Origin: Macrostomum lignano
Taxonomy: Eukaryota
Direction of reading: 5' to 3'
NCBI GenBank assembly: GCA_002269645.1
Contig: NIVC01000630.1
Coordinates: forward strand, 1 to 64,000
DNA length: 64,000 nt
Both the position numbers and the translations under genes were made by a program. Each line of letters starts with the position of its first letter. Position 1 is the first letter of the stretch. Positions 11,901 through 33,249 of the stretch are shown one piece after another. The notes under the pieces are model-generated. The model searched no databases. It had not been told where the DNA came from and saw only the letters and a program-made list of their open reading frames with translations.

Positions 11901-14900
11901 TATATAGAATTAAATGGAGAGCTTAGAAATGACACTCAATGGGGCTGATATACACAGGTGCAAAGATGACGCAGAGCCCGCTACTCTCAGCATCTCTAAC
12001 TAGCCCTGTCGCTGTCAATATATAGAATTAAATGGAGAGCTTAGAAATGACACTCAATGGGGCTGATATACACAGGTGCAAAGATGACGCAGAGCCCGCT
12101 ACTCTCAGCATCTCTAACTAGCCCTGTCGCTGTCAATATATAGAATTAAATGGAGAGCTTAGAAATGACACTCAATGGGGCTGATATACACAGGTGCAAA
12201 GATGACGCAGAGCCCGCTACTCTCAGCATCTCTAACTAGCCCTGTCGCTGTCAATATATAGAATTAAATGGAGAGCTTAGAAATGACACTCAATGGGGCT
12301 GATATACACAGGTGCAAAGATGACGCAGAGCCCGCTACTCTCAGCATCTCTAACTAGCCCTGTCGCTGTCAATATATAGAATTAAATGGAGAGCTTAGAA
12401 ATGACACTCAATGGGGCTGATATACACAGGTGCAAAGATGACGCAGAGCCCGCTACTCTCAGCATCTCTAACTAGCCCTGTCGCTGTCAATATATAGAAT
12501 TAAATGGAGAGCTTAGAAATGACACTCAATGGGGCTGATATACACAGGTGCAAAGATGACGCAGAGCCCGCTACTCTCAGCATCTCTAACTAGCCCTGTC
12601 GCTGTCAATATATAGAATTAAATGGAGAGCTTAGAAATGACACTCAATGGGGCTGATATACACAGGTGCAAAGATGACGCAGAGCCCGCTACTCTCAGCA
12701 TCTCTAACTAGCCCTGTCGCTGTCAATATATAGAATTAAATGGAGAGCTTAGAAATGACACTCAATGGGGCTGATATACACAGGTGCAAAGATGACGCAG
12801 AGCCCGCTACTCTCAGCATCTCTAACTAGCCCTGTCGCTGTCAATATATAGAATTAAATGGAGAGCTTAGAAATGACACTCAATGGGGCTGATATACACA
12901 GGTGCAAAGATGACGCAGAGCCCGCTACTCTCAGCATCTCTAACTAGCCCTGTCGCTGTCAATATATAGAATTAAATGGAGAGCTTAGAAATGACACTCA
13001 ATGGGGCTGATATACACAGGTGCAAAGATGACGCAGAGCCCGCTACTCTCAGCATCTCTAACTAGCCCTGTCGCTGTCAATATATAGAATTAAATGGAGA
13101 GCTTAGAAATGACACTCAATGGGGCTGATATACACAGGTGCAAAGATGACGCAGAGCCCGCTACTCTCAGCATCTCTAACTAGCCCTGTCGCTGTCAATA
13201 TATAGAATTAAATGGAGAGCTTAGAAATGACACTCAATGGGGCTGATATACACAGGTGCAAAGATGACGCAGAGCCCGCTACTCTCAGCATCTCTAACTA
13301 GCCCTGTCGCTGTCAATATATAGAATTAAATGGAGAGCTTAGAAATGACACTCAATGGGGCTGATATACACAGGTGCAAAGATGACGCAGAGCCCGCTAC
13401 TCTCAGCATCTCTAACTAGCCCTGTCGCTGTCAATATATAGAATTAAATGGAGAGCTTAGAAATGACACTCAATGGGGCTGATATACACAGGTGCAAAGA
13501 TGACGCAGAGCCCGCTACTCTCAGCATCTCTAACTAGCCCTGTCGCTGTCAATATATAGAATTAAATGGAGAGCTTAGAAATGACACTCAATGGGGCTGA
13601 TATACACAGGTGCAAAGATGACGCAGAGCCCGCTACTCTCAGCATCTCTAACTAGCCCTGTCGCTGTCAATATATAGAATTAAATGGAGAGCTTAGAAAT
13701 GACACTCAATGGGGCTGATATACACAGGTGCAAAGATGACGCAGAGCCCGCTACTCTCAGCATCTCTAACTAGCCCTGTCGCTGTCAATATATAGAATTA
13801 AATGGAGAGCTTAGAAATGACACTCAATGGGGCTGATATACACAGGTGCAAAGATGACGCAGAGCCCGCTACTCTCAGCATCTCTAACTAGCCCTGTCGC
13901 TGTCAATATATAGAATTAAATGGAGAGCTTAGAAATGACACTCAATGGGGCTGATATACACAGGTGCAAAGATGACGCAGAGCCCGCTACTCTCAGCATC
14001 TCTAACTAGCCCTGTCGCTGTCAATATATAGAATTAAATGGAGAGCTTAGAAATGACACTCAATGGGGCTGATATACACAGGTGCAAAGATGACGCAGAG
14101 CCCGCTACTCTCAGCATCTCTAACTAGCCCTGTCGCTGTCAATATATAGAATTAAATGGAGAGCTTAGAAATGACACTCAATGGGGCTGATATACACAGG
14201 TGCAAAGATGACGCAGAGCCCGCTACTCTCAGCATCTCTAACTAGCCCTGTCGCTGTCAATATATAGAATTAAATGGAGAGCTTAGAAATGACACTCAAT
14301 GGGGCTGATATACACAGGTGCAAAGATGACGCAGAGCCCGCTACTCTCAGCATCTCTAACTAGCCCTGTCGCTGTCAATATATAGAATTAAATGGAGAGC
14401 TTAGAAATGACACTCAATGGGCTGATATACACAGGTGCAAAGATGACGCAGAGCCCGCTACTCTCAGCATCTCTAACTAGCCCTGTCGCTGTCAATATAT
14501 AGAATTAAATGGAGAGCTTAGAAATGACACTCAATGGGGCTGATATACACAGGTGCAAAGATGACGCAGAGCCCGCTACTCTCAGCATCTCTAACTAGCC
14601 CTGTCGCTGTCAATATATAGAATTAAATGGAGAGCTTAGAAATGACACTCAATGGGGCTGATATACACAGGTGCAAAGATGACGCAGAGCCCGCTACTCT
14701 CAGCATCTCTAACTAGCCCTGTCGCTGTCAATATATAGAATTAAATGGAGAGCTTAGAAATGACACTCAATGGGGCTGATATACACAGGTGCAAAGATGA
14801 CGCAGAGCCCGCTACTCTCAGCATCTCTAACTAGCCCTGTCGCTGTCAATATATAGAATTAAATGGAGAGCTTAGAAATGACACTCAATGGGGCTGATAT

Positions 14901-17900
14901 ACACAGGTGCAAAGATGACGCAGAGCCCGCTACTCTCAGCATCTCTAACTAGCCCTGTCGCTGTCAATATATAGAATTAAATGGAGAGCTTAGAAATGAC
15001 ACTCAATGGGGCTGATATACACAGGTGCAAAGATGACGCAGAGCCCGCTACTCTCAGCATCTCTAACTAGCCCTGTCGCTGTCAATATATAGAATTAAAT
15101 GGAGAGCTTAGAAATGACACTCAATGGGGCTGATATACACAGGTGCAAAGATGACGCAGAGCCCGCTACTCTCAGCATCTCTAACTAGCCCTGTCGCTGT
15201 CAATATATAGAATTAAATGGAGAGCTTAGAAATGACACTCAATGGGGCTGATATACACAGGTGCAAAGATGACGCAGAGCCCGCTACTCTCAGCATCTCT
15301 AACTAGCCCTGTCGCTGTCAATATATAGAATTAAATGGAGAGCTTAGAAATGACACTCAATGGGGCTGATATACACAGGTGCAAAGATGACGCAGAGCCC
15401 GCTACTCTCAGCATCTCTAACTAGCCCTGTCGCTGTCAATATATAGAATTAAATGGAGAGCTTAGAAATGACACTCAATGGGGCTGATATACACAGGTGC
15501 AAAGATGACGCAGAGCCCGCTACTCTCAGCATCTCTAACTAGCCCTGTCGCTGTCAATATATAGAATTAAATGGAGAGCTTAGAAATGACACTCAATGGG
15601 GCTGATATACACAGGTGCAAAGATGACGCAGAGCCCGCTACTCTCAGCATCTCTAACTAGCCCTGTCGCTGTCAATATATAGAATTAAATGGAGAGCTTA
15701 GAAATGACACTCAATGGGGCTGATATACACAGGTGCAAAGATGACGCAGAGCCCGCTACTCTCAGCATCTCTAACTAGCCCTGTCGCTGTCAATATATAG
15801 AATTAAATGGAGAGCTTAGAAATGACACTCAATGGGGCTGATATACACAGGTGCAAAGATGACGCAGAGCCCGCTACTCTCAGCATCTCTAACTAGCCCT
15901 GTCGCTGTCAATATATAGAATTAAATGGAGAGCTTAGAAATGACACTCAATGGGGCTGATATACACAGGTGCAAAGATGACGCAGAGCCCGCTACTCTCA
16001 GCATCTCTAACTAGCCCTGTCGCTGTCAATATATAGAATTAAATGGAGAGCTTAGAAATGACACTCAATGGGGCTGATATACACAGGTGCAAAGATGACG
16101 CAGAGCCCGCTACTCTCAGCATCTCTAACTAGCCCTGTCGCTGTCAATATATAGAATTAAATGGAGAGCTTAGAAATGACACTCAATGGGGCTGATATAC
16201 ACAGGTGCAAAGATGACGCAGAGCCCGCTACTCTCAGCATCTCTAACTAGCCCTGTCGCTGTCAATATATAGAATTAAATGGAGAGCTTAGAAATGACAC
16301 TCAATGGGGCTGATATACACAGGTGCAAAGATGACGCAGAGCCCGCTACTCTCAGCATCTCTAACTAGCCCTGTCGCTGTCAATATATAGAATTAAATGG
16401 AGAGCTTAGAAATGACACTCAATGGGGCTGATATACACAGGTGCAAAGATGACGCAGAGCCCGCTACTCTCAGCATCTCTAACTAGCCCTGTCGCTGTCA
16501 ATATATAGAATTAAATGGAGAGCTTAGAAATGACACTCAATGGGGCTGATATACACAGGTGCAAAGATGACGCAGAGCCCGCTACTCTCAGCATCTCTAA
16601 CTAGCCCTGTCGCTGTCAATATATAGAATTAAATGGAGAGCTTAGAAATGACACTCAATGGGGCTGATATACACAGGTGCAAAGATGACGCAGAGCCCGC
16701 TACTCTCAGCATCTCTAACTAGCCCTGTCGCTGTCAATATATAGAATTAAATGGAGAGCTTAGAAATGACACTCAATGGGGCTGATATACACAGGTGCAA
16801 AGATGACGCAGAGCCCGCTACTCTCAGCATCTCTAACTAGCCCTGTCGCTGTCAATATATAGAATTAAATGGAGAGCTTAGAAATGACACTCAATGGGGC
16901 TGATATACACAGGTGCAAAGATGACGCAGAGCCCGCTACTCTCAGCATCTCTAACTAGCCCTGTCGCTGTCAATATATAGAATTAAATGGAGAGCTTAGA
17001 AATGACACTCAATGGGGCTGATATACACAGGTGCAAAGATGACGCAGAGCCCGCTACTCTCAGCATCTCTAACTAGCCCTGTCGCTGTCAATATATAGAA
17101 TTAAATGGAGAGCTTAGAAATGACACTCAATGGGGCTGATATACACAGGTGCAAAGATGACGCAGAGCCCGCTACTCTCAGCATCTCTAACTAGCCCTGT
17201 CGCTGTCAATATATAGAATTAAATGGAGAGCTTAGAAATGACACTCAATGGGGCTGATATACACAGGTGCAAAGATGACGCAGAGCCGCTACTCTCAGCA
17301 TCTCTAACTAGCCCTGTCGCTGTCAATATATAGAATTAAATGGAGAGCTTAGAAATGACACTCAATGGGGCTGATATACACAGGTGCAAAGATGACGCAG
17401 AGCCCGCTACTCTCAGCATCTCTAACTAGCCCTGTCGCTGTCAATATATAGAATTAAATGGAGAGCTTAGAAATGACACTCAATGGGGCTGATATACACA
17501 GGTGCAAAGATGACGCAGAGCCCGCTACACTCAGAATCTCTAACTAGCCCTGTCGCTGTCAATATATAGAATTAAATGGAGAGCTTAGAAATGACACTCA
17601 ATGGGGCTGATATACACAGGTGCAAAGATGACGCAGAGCCCGCTACTCTCAGCATCTCTAACTAGCCCTGTCGCTGTCAATATATAGAATTAAATGGAGA
17701 GCTTAGAAATGACACTCAATGGGGCTGATATACACAGGTGCAAAGATGACGCAGAGCCCGCTACACTCAGCATCTCTAACTAGCCCTGTCGCTGTCAATA
17801 TATAGAATTAAATGGAGAGCTTAGAAATGACACTCAATGGGGCTGATATACACAGGTGCAAAGATGACGCAGAGCCCGCTACTCTCAGCATCTCTAACTA

Positions 17901-18570
17901 GCCCTGTCGCTGTCAATATATAGAATTAAATGGAGAGCTTAGAAATGACACTCAATGGGGCTGATATACACAGGTGCAAAGATGACGCAGAGCCCGCTAC
18001 ACTCAGCATCTCTAACTAGCCCTGTCGCTGTCAATATATAGAATTAAATGGAGAGCTTAGAAATGACACTCAATGGGGCTGATATACACAGGTGCAAAGA
18101 TGACGCAGAGCCCGCTACTCTCAGCATCTCTAACTAGCCCTGTCGCTGTCAATATATAGAATTAAATGGAGAGCTTAGAAATGACACTCAATGGGGCTGA
18201 TATACACAGGTGCAAAGATGACGCAGAGCCCGCTACTCTCAGCATCTCTAACTAGCCCTGTCGCTGTCAATATATAGAATTAAATGGAGAGCTTAGAAAT
18301 GACACTCAATGGGGCTGATATACACAGGTGCAAAGATGACGCAGAGCCCGCTACTCTCAGCATCTCTAACTAGCCCTGTCGCTGTCAATATATAGAATTA
18401 AATGGAGAGCTTAGAAATGACACTCAATGGGGCTGATATACACAGGTGCAAAGATGACGCAGAGCCCGCTACTCTCAGCATCTCTAACTAGCCCTGTCGC
18501 TGTCAATATATAGAATTAAATGGAGAGCTTAGAAATGACACTCAATGGGGCTGATATACGCAGGTGCAAA
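8929..18570. repeat. 118-bp satellite, ~82 copies, nearly homogeneous
   Basis: Unit taactagccctgtcgctgtcaatatatagaattaaatggagagcttagaaatgacactcaatggggctgatatacacaggtgcaaagatgacgcagagcccgctactctcagcatctc; period 118 (8929 to 9047). Confidence 0.98.
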
Positions 18571-18870
18571 TATTGTTATTTACATAGTTATTTGAATAAC
18601 TATAACTTCAAATAGTTTTTCGAAGGATTGTAGTTTTGTCTCTTGAAGTCTAATATGTGTCTTTGTTTTTCTCCTTAAAGTAGTGTATCTGATTTTAGCT
18701 TTATTTTTGTTGGGATAGGGAAAATCTTGTGTTGTTTTATTGGTTTAAGTTTCGTCATTTTTTATATGGGGTATATTTAGAATATATCCTTTTTTGAAAC
18801 GGTAATTTTTTGCGCGTCATTTTTAGTTACTTAGAGGATATATTCGATTGTGTCATTTCAATTGCCAATT

Positions 18871-21800
18871 GACACAATTGGCACAGGTGACCCTTATTAA
18901 TCAGACACAATTGGCACAGGTGACCCTTATTAATCAGACACAATTGGCACAGGCGACTCTTATTAATCAGACACAATTGGCACAGGTGACCCTTATCAAT
19001 CAGACACAATTGACACAGGTGACCCTTATTAATCAGACACAATTGGCACAGGTGACCCTTATTAATCAGACACAATTGGCACAGGTGACCCTTATCAATC
19101 AGACACAATTGGCACAGGTGACCCTTATCAATCAGACACAATTGGCACAGGTGACCCTTATCAATCAGACACAATTGGCACAGGTGACCCTTATCAATCA
19201 GACACAATTGGCACAGGTGACCCTTATCAATCAGACACAATTGGCACAGGTGACCCTTATCAATCAGACACAATTGGCACAGGTGACCCTTATCAATCAG
19301 ACACAATTGGCACAGGTGACCCTTATTAATCAGACACAATTGGCACAGGTGACCCTTATTAATCAGACACAATTGGCACAGGTGACCCTTATCAATCAGA
19401 CACAATTGGCACAGGTGACCCTTATCAATCAGACACAATTGGCACAGGTGACCCTTATCAATCAGACACAATTGGCACAGGTGACCCTTATCAATCAGAC
19501 ACAATTGGCACAGGTGACTCTTATCAATCAGACACAATTGGCACAGGTGACCCTTATCAATCAGACACAATTGGCACAGGTGACCCTTATTAATCAGACA
19601 CAATTGGCACAGGTGACCCTTATCAATCAGACACAATTGGCACAGGCGACTCTTATCAATCAGACACAATTGGCACAGGTGACCCTTATCAATCAGACAC
19701 AATTGGCACAGGTGACCCTTATCAATCAGACACAATTGGCACAGGTGACCCTTATCAATCAGACACAATTGGCACAGGTGACCCTTATCAATCAGACACA
19801 ATTGGCACAGGTGACCCTTATCAATCAGACACAATTGGCACAGGTGACCCTTATCAATCAGACACAATTGGCACAGGTGACCCTTATTAATCAGACACAA
19901 TTGGCACAGGTGACCCTTATTAATCAGACACAATTGGCACAGGTGACCCTTATCAATCAGACACAATTGGCACAGGTGACCCTTATCAATCAGATACAAT
20001 TGGCACAGGTGACCCTTATTAATCAGACACAATTGGCACAGGTGACCCTTATTAATCAGACACAATTGGCACAGGTGACCCTTATCAATCAGACACAATT
20101 GGCACAGGTGACCCTTATCAATCAGACACAATTGGCACAGGTGACCCTTATCAATCAGACACAATTGGCACAGGTGACCCTTATCAATCAGACACAATTG
20201 GCACAGGTGACCCTTATCAATCAGACACAATTGGCACAGGTGACCCTTATTAATCAGACACAATTGGCACAGGCGACTCTTATCAATCAGACACAATTGG
20301 CACAGGTGACCCTTATCAATCAGACACAATTGGCACAGGTGACCCTTATCAATCAGACACAATTGGCACAGGTGACCCTTATTAATCAGACACAATTGGC
20401 ACAGGTGACCCTTATCAATCAGACACAATTGGCACAGGCGACTCTTATTAATCAGACACAATTGGCACAGGTGACTCTTATCAATCAGACACAATTGGCA
20501 CAGGTGACTCTTATCAATCAGACACAATTGGCACAGGCGACTCTTATTAATCAGACACAATTGGCACAGGTGACCCTTATTAATCAGACACAATTGGCAC
20601 AGGTGACCCTTATTAATCAGACACAATTGGCACAGGTGACCCTTATTAATCAGACACAATTGGCACAGGTGACCCTTATCAATCAGACACAATTGGCACA
20701 GGTGACCCTTATCAATCAGACACAATTGGCACAGGTGACTCTTATCAATCAGACACAATTGGCACAGGCGACTCTTATTAATCAGACACAATTGGCACAG
20801 GTGACCCTTATCAATCAGACACAATTGGCACAGGTGACCCTTATTAATCAGACACAATTGGCACAGGTGACCCTTATCAATCAGACACAATTGGCACAGG
20901 TGACCCTTATCAATCAGACACAATTGGCACAGGTGACCCTTATTAATCAGACACAATTGGCACAGGTGACCCTTATCAATCAGACACAATTGGCACAGGT
21001 GACCCTTATCAATCAGACACAATTGGCACAGGTGACCCTTATCAATCAGACACAATTGGCACAGGCGACTCTTATCAATCAGACACAATTGGCACAGGTG
21101 ACCCTTATTAATCAGACACAATTGGCACAGGTGACTCTTATTAATCAGACACAATTGGCACAGGTGACCCTTATCAATCAGACACAATTGGCACAGGTGA
21201 CCCTTATCAATCAGACACAATTGGCACAGGTGACCCTTATCAATCAGACACAATTGGCACAGGTGACCCTTATCAATCAGACACAATTGGCACAGGTGAC
21301 CCTTATCAATCAGACACAATTGGCACAGGTGACCCTTATCAATCAGACACAATTGGCACAGGTGACCCTTATCAATCAGACACAATTGGCACAGGTGACC
21401 CTTATCAATCAGACACAATTGGCACAGGTGACCCTTATCAATCAGACACAATTGGCACAGGTGACCCTTATCAATCAGACACAATTGGCACAGGTGACCC
21501 TTATCAATCAGACACAATTGGCACAGGTGACCCTTATCAATCAGACACAATTGGCACAGGTGACCCTTATCAATCAGACACAATTGGCACAGGTGACCCT
21601 TATCAATCAGACACAATTGGCACAGGCGACTCTTATTAATCAGACACAATTGGCACAGGTGACTCTTATCAATCAGACACAATTGGCACAGGTGACTCTT
21701 ATCAATCAGACACAATTGGCACAGGCGACTCTTATTAATCAGACACAATTGGCACAGGTGACCCTTATTAATCAGACACAATTGGCACAGGTGACCCTTA

Positions 21801-22704
21801 TTAATCAGACACAATTGGCACAGGTGACCCTTATTAATCAGACACAATTGGCACAGGTGACCCTTATCAATCAGACACAATTGGCACAGGTGACCCTTAT
21901 CAATCAGACACAATTGGCACAGGTGACTCTTATCAATCAGACACAATTGGCACAGGCGACTCTTATTAATCAGACACAATTGGCACAGGTGACCCTTATC
22001 AATCAGACACAATTGGCACAGGTGACCCTTATCAATCAGACACAATTGGCACAGGTGACCCTTATCAATCAGACACAATTGGCACAGGTGACTCTTATCA
22101 ATTAGACACAAATGGCACAGGTGACCCTTATTAATCAGACACAATTGGCACAGGTGACTCTTATCAATCAGACACAATTGGCACAGGCGACTCTTATTAA
22201 TCAGACACAATTGGCACAGGTGACCCTTATCAATCAGACACAATTGGCACAGGCGACTCTTATCAATCAGACACAATTGGCACAGGTGACCCTTATTAAT
22301 CAGACACAATTGGCACAGGTGACCCTTATTAATCAGACACAATTGGCACAGGTGACCCTTATCAATCAGACACAATTGGCACAGGTGACCCTTATCAATC
22401 AGACACAATTGGCACAGGCGACTCTTATTAATCAGACACAATTGGCACAGGTGACCCTTATTAATCAGACACAATTGGCACAGGTGACCCTTATCAATCA
22501 GACACAATTGGCACAGGTGACCCTTATCAATCAGACACAATTGGCACAGGTGACCCTTATCAATCAGACACAATTGGCACAGGCGACTCTTATCAATCAG
22601 ACACAATTGGCACAGGTGACCCTTATTAATCAGACACAATTGGCACAGGTGACTCTTATCAATCAGACACAATTGGCACAGGCGACTCTTATTAATCAGA
22701 CACA
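18871..22704. repeat. 33-bp minisatellite, ~116 copies
   Basis: Unit gacacaattggcacagg(t/c)gac(c/t)cttat(c/t)aatca with three recurrent variant positions. Confidence 0.98.
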
Positions 22705-22924
22705 GGATCAGCATTTCTCAATTTCCTTCTCGTGAAGGCTCAGTCTAAAAATAGCTCAAATAGACGGACATATCTTGAACAGATCACATGTGCCTTGAAG
22801 GCTTATTGACATAGACATTGTCAACTCCAAGTCGAATATGACATTCTCACTGCCTCGGCTTGCAAGCAAGGGCACCGCACATGATTCATTGTTAGAAAAC
22901 TCGACATCATAAATCAGCCGCCAT

Positions 22925-24392
22925 ATGGCAAGCAGGAAGTCCAGCAGTTCAGCCACTCGAGTTGGCCCACCGCCTGTTCTTGGCAATAAAAGTCTGCAAT
23001 TTCAGCAGCAGCAACAGAGACAGCAGCAGATCGATGTTTGCCACCGACTGCTGGGCAGGCTGGGCCTGAGTCTGCCTCTGCTCAGCCCGTCTGGAGGCTG
23101 CTCTAGTGCTCAGCTCAACTGGTGCCGGTGAGTGCTTCCATGCTCTGCTCCACCCTCTGCTCCACCCTCTGCTCCACCCTCTGCTCCACACGCCGCTCCA
23201 CCCTCTGCTTCAGCCTCTGCTCCACCCTCTGCTCCACCCTCTGCCCCACCCTCTGCTCCACCCTCTGCTCCACCCTCTGCTCCACCCTCTGCTCCACCCT
23301 CTGCTCCACCCTCTACTCCACCCTCTGCTCCACCCTCTGCTCCACCCTCTGCTTCACCCTCTGCTCCACCCTCTGCTCCACCCTCTGCTCCACCCTCTTC
23401 TCCACCCTCTGCTCCACCCTCTGCTCCACCCTCTGCTCCACCCTCTGCTCCATCCTCTGCTCCACCCTCTGCTCCACCCTCTGCTCCACCCTCTGCTCCA
23501 CCCTCTGCTCCACCCTCTGCTCCACCCTCTGCTCCACCCTCTGCTCCACACGCCGCTCCACCCTCTGCTCCACAAGCCGCTCCATTCCACTCTCTACCCC
23601 ACTCCCCACTTCACTCCACCCTCTACTCCACTCCACCATCTACTCCATCCACCCCATCCTTTATCCCCACCCTCCGCTTCAGCCAGCTGCTGGAGGCCTG
23701 CGACAAGTTCCGCCGCGACCGCGACCAGCTGACCGTCCGCCTGCAGCAGCGAGACCGACAGCTCGCCGACACGCGACGCCAACTCCAAGCGTTGCAGACT
23801 CAGCAACAGAAAGCTGGCCAAGATTCTGCAACAAAAAAGCAACAGATCAAAGTCCCCCCTACCCAGCTAAAGAGTGCAGCTAATCAGCAAGCGCGCCAGA
23901 CGACTCAGCTAAAACAGTCCAATCTTCAGTTACCATGGCAACCAAAGTGCAATAAAGCGCCAAGCAACTGGCCGTCGCGCCAATCTCTCGTTGGCGTTGG
24001 CGAAGCGGCTCGACATTCGAAAATTCCGTGCCCAGTTCGATCGCCGCCAGCAAGCTTGACAAAGTCGGGGAGCAGACAGCTGCTCGCGGGCAGCTGCAAC
24101 AGCTCTCCGTCGACTGTCTCCCTGACCGCCGTGACTGAACCGATTACGTTTGGATATAAAAAATTCAACACTACAAAAAGGTGAACCGAATACATTAGAT
24201 TGATAAAAAATGTTTGTTGCTTCTTCAGAGTAGTATGATAGGGTCACGACAAGTAATTTCTAATTCAAACGTAGAGAAATACAGAAATAAAGTTTTTTTC
24301 TGATTCCGTTACTGAGAAAGAATGTCTGATTTGCACAAAAAAATGAAGGTTTAGAGCTTGCTTCTTTGCTTGACTGATTGATTGATTGATTG

Positions 24393-24482
<90 letters not shown>

Positions 24483-24483
24483 A

Positions 24484-24529
<46 letters not shown>

Positions 24530-24875
24530 AGATTGATTGATTGATACTGCACATAAAACGGTCTGTTACTCATTGCTTTAAAAAAGTTGATAAATGTTTG
24601 TATCCATTAACAGGTACAAAGCTAGTCTGTTTGAGTCAGCTTCTGGAGACTCCTACGCCGCCGCTTATCAAAATAGAAATCGGCAACACCAACAACGACT
24701 AGACAAACAACAATCTGAGCAGCAGCCACCGAAGCAACAAAAGCAACAGCATAGACGCAGCAGACGAAATCGGTCTCGAGGCACGGTCGACCTGGATGCC
24801 GAATCAGTGCGTCGACACTGGCGATCGAGGACCTACGACAAGCTCATCCTGGAAGATGGACGAGACAAACGTTAA
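22925..24875 (+). CDS. Uncharacterised 3-exon Gln-rich/coiled-coil protein
   Basis: Exons 22925-23127, 23683-24180 and 24614-24875. Both junctions are GT-AG and phase-2 consistent (CG|C, AG|G). Coiled-coil segment QLLEACDKFRRDRDQLTVRLQQRDRQLADTRRQLQALQ. The ATG start is inferred; an upstream exon cannot be excluded. Confidence 0.72.
23143..23660. repeat. 12-bp intronic minisatellite (ctccaccctctg)n
   Basis: Fills intron 1 of the coiled-coil gene. Confidence 0.95.
24370..24544. repeat. (ATTG)n microsatellite
   Basis: Lies in intron 2 of the coiled-coil gene. Confidence 0.97.
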
Positions 24876-25197
24876 AGATAAAGTCGATTTGTTCCCATCT
24901 TTTGGGCATCTACAGTAGTTCAAATTCTTACGTTAAGTTTGAGCTCGTAAGCGTCGCATCTACGAGTAGACTGGATACGCAAACTTTGGTCAATATTGTA
25001 TCGATCGATAGACAGGAAGAAGGAAGAAAGCGATGGAAGTTGTAAATTTACGTACATTCGAGCTATTAACTTCTGACGCACAATCGCTGTCCAATCGGAT
25101 GGGATGATTGAGTGTACATTCACGAGTCGTACAACCTCTATCCGATGGGTTGGTAGGTTAAAGGGTAGAAGAGTAGATAGACTGCACATTTGTTTTG

Positions 25198-25541
25198 GGC
25201 GCACAAGTTTCGGTGGGGTAGTGGTTGAGAGGGTCCGTTGAGTGTAAATTGGCTTGTTTTATCTTTGGCGCACAAGTTTCAGTGGGGTAGAGGTTGAGAG
25301 GGTCAGTTGAGTGTACATTGGCTTGTTTTATCTTTGGCGCACAAGTTTCAGTGGGGTAGAGGTTGAGAGGGTCCGTTGAGTGTACATTGGCTTGTTTTAT
25401 CTTTGGCGCACAAGTTTCAGTGGGGTAGAGGTTGAGAGGGTCCGTTGAGTGTACATTGGCTTGTTTTATCTTTGGCGCACAAGTTTCAGTGGGGTAGAGG
25501 TTGAGAGGGTCCGTTGAGTGTACATTGGCTTGTTTTATCTT
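25198..25541. repeat. 69-bp tandem repeat, 5 copies
   Basis: ggcgcacaagtttcagtggggtagaggttgagagggtccgttgagtgtacattggcttgttttatcttt; period 69. Confidence 0.95.
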
Positions 25542-26446
25542 GAAAGCTCGGCGTAAGCGTACACGTATACTATTAAGTTACATGCGTTTAATAAGTATAT
25601 TTTGTAGTGTAATTTCTTAGTTGAAAAAAGACAACAGAAGCTGAGAGTCGAAGATTAAAAGCAATTGTTTTTTGCCTAATAAGCCTAAGGATTGCGTAGG
25701 TTGTTCTTCGATTACATATTTATTTGTATATATAGATAACAGGAAAGCTACTTTAAAGTACTCTACTAAGTTGTAAGTATTGTACAGCTAGAAAACGTGC
25801 TGTGGTACTCGTACGGTTAACCGTGTTTAGTTTTTTACATTTTTTTCTTAAGAACTTATTCAGAAGCTTTCGCTTGCTCATCAATTCAAGAGAAATCTAA
25901 TTGAAATTTATTTTTACAAGAAAGGATTGAAACGTATTGCATAAGCTAGCGCTGTACGTTACACTCCGTGGTCTACTCGGGGTCAGGACTCAGTAGTGAT
26001 CAACAAGGAATTATGACGAGTAATTTTACTCTAAAATGCGTGATTTAGCTAGTAATTAATATGTGAATAAGTGTAGCGTACAGGAGTGATTACTTAAGGA
26101 CAAAATTACTTGTATTACAGTAAGGCGGAATATCTATTTTTTAAAACTTTAAGCCTTTTAAATCCTGGCAACCAAGTTTCACATTCTCATGATCTTCTGA
26201 TTCTAGTGTTCATATTGGAATGTCAAGGACTACTGAAAAAAGGACACGTCCTAAAAAAGACACTACGGAAATAGGAGGTTTTCATATTTTCAGCACAAAA
26301 TTTTTTCTTGCTTTTGATATAGGAGACAGACCCAATTTTCATCTTTTGATATGATATGCATTTCTTATAGGGTCTATTGATGTTCATAAAGCTTTTTCGT
26401 TTTAAAATTAGGATTCTTTGTTTTATATCTTACTTTAAAACTTCTG

Positions 26447-33249
<6,803 letters not shown>

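Noticed and set aside
8929-18570. 118-bp array as 5S rRNA, snRNA, CRISPR or hammerhead-containing satellite
   Set aside because: No 5S A/C boxes or similarity, no unique spacers and no CUGANGA plus GAAA pair on either strand.
18584-18603. Small hairpin atagttatt-tg-aataactat just after the satellite
   Set aside because: A 9-bp AT-only stem in AT-rich DNA is expected by chance.
18827-22735. 1295-aa (minus) and 1085+207-aa (plus) ORFs
   Set aside because: They arise because the 33-bp unit lacks stops in two frames. There is no signal peptide, unique domain or supporting splice structure, and the plus frame is broken at ~22103.
23106-23682. HPLL/PPSA/STLC repeat ORFs
   Set aside because: They are translations of the 12-bp repeat inside a phase-consistent GT-AG intron.
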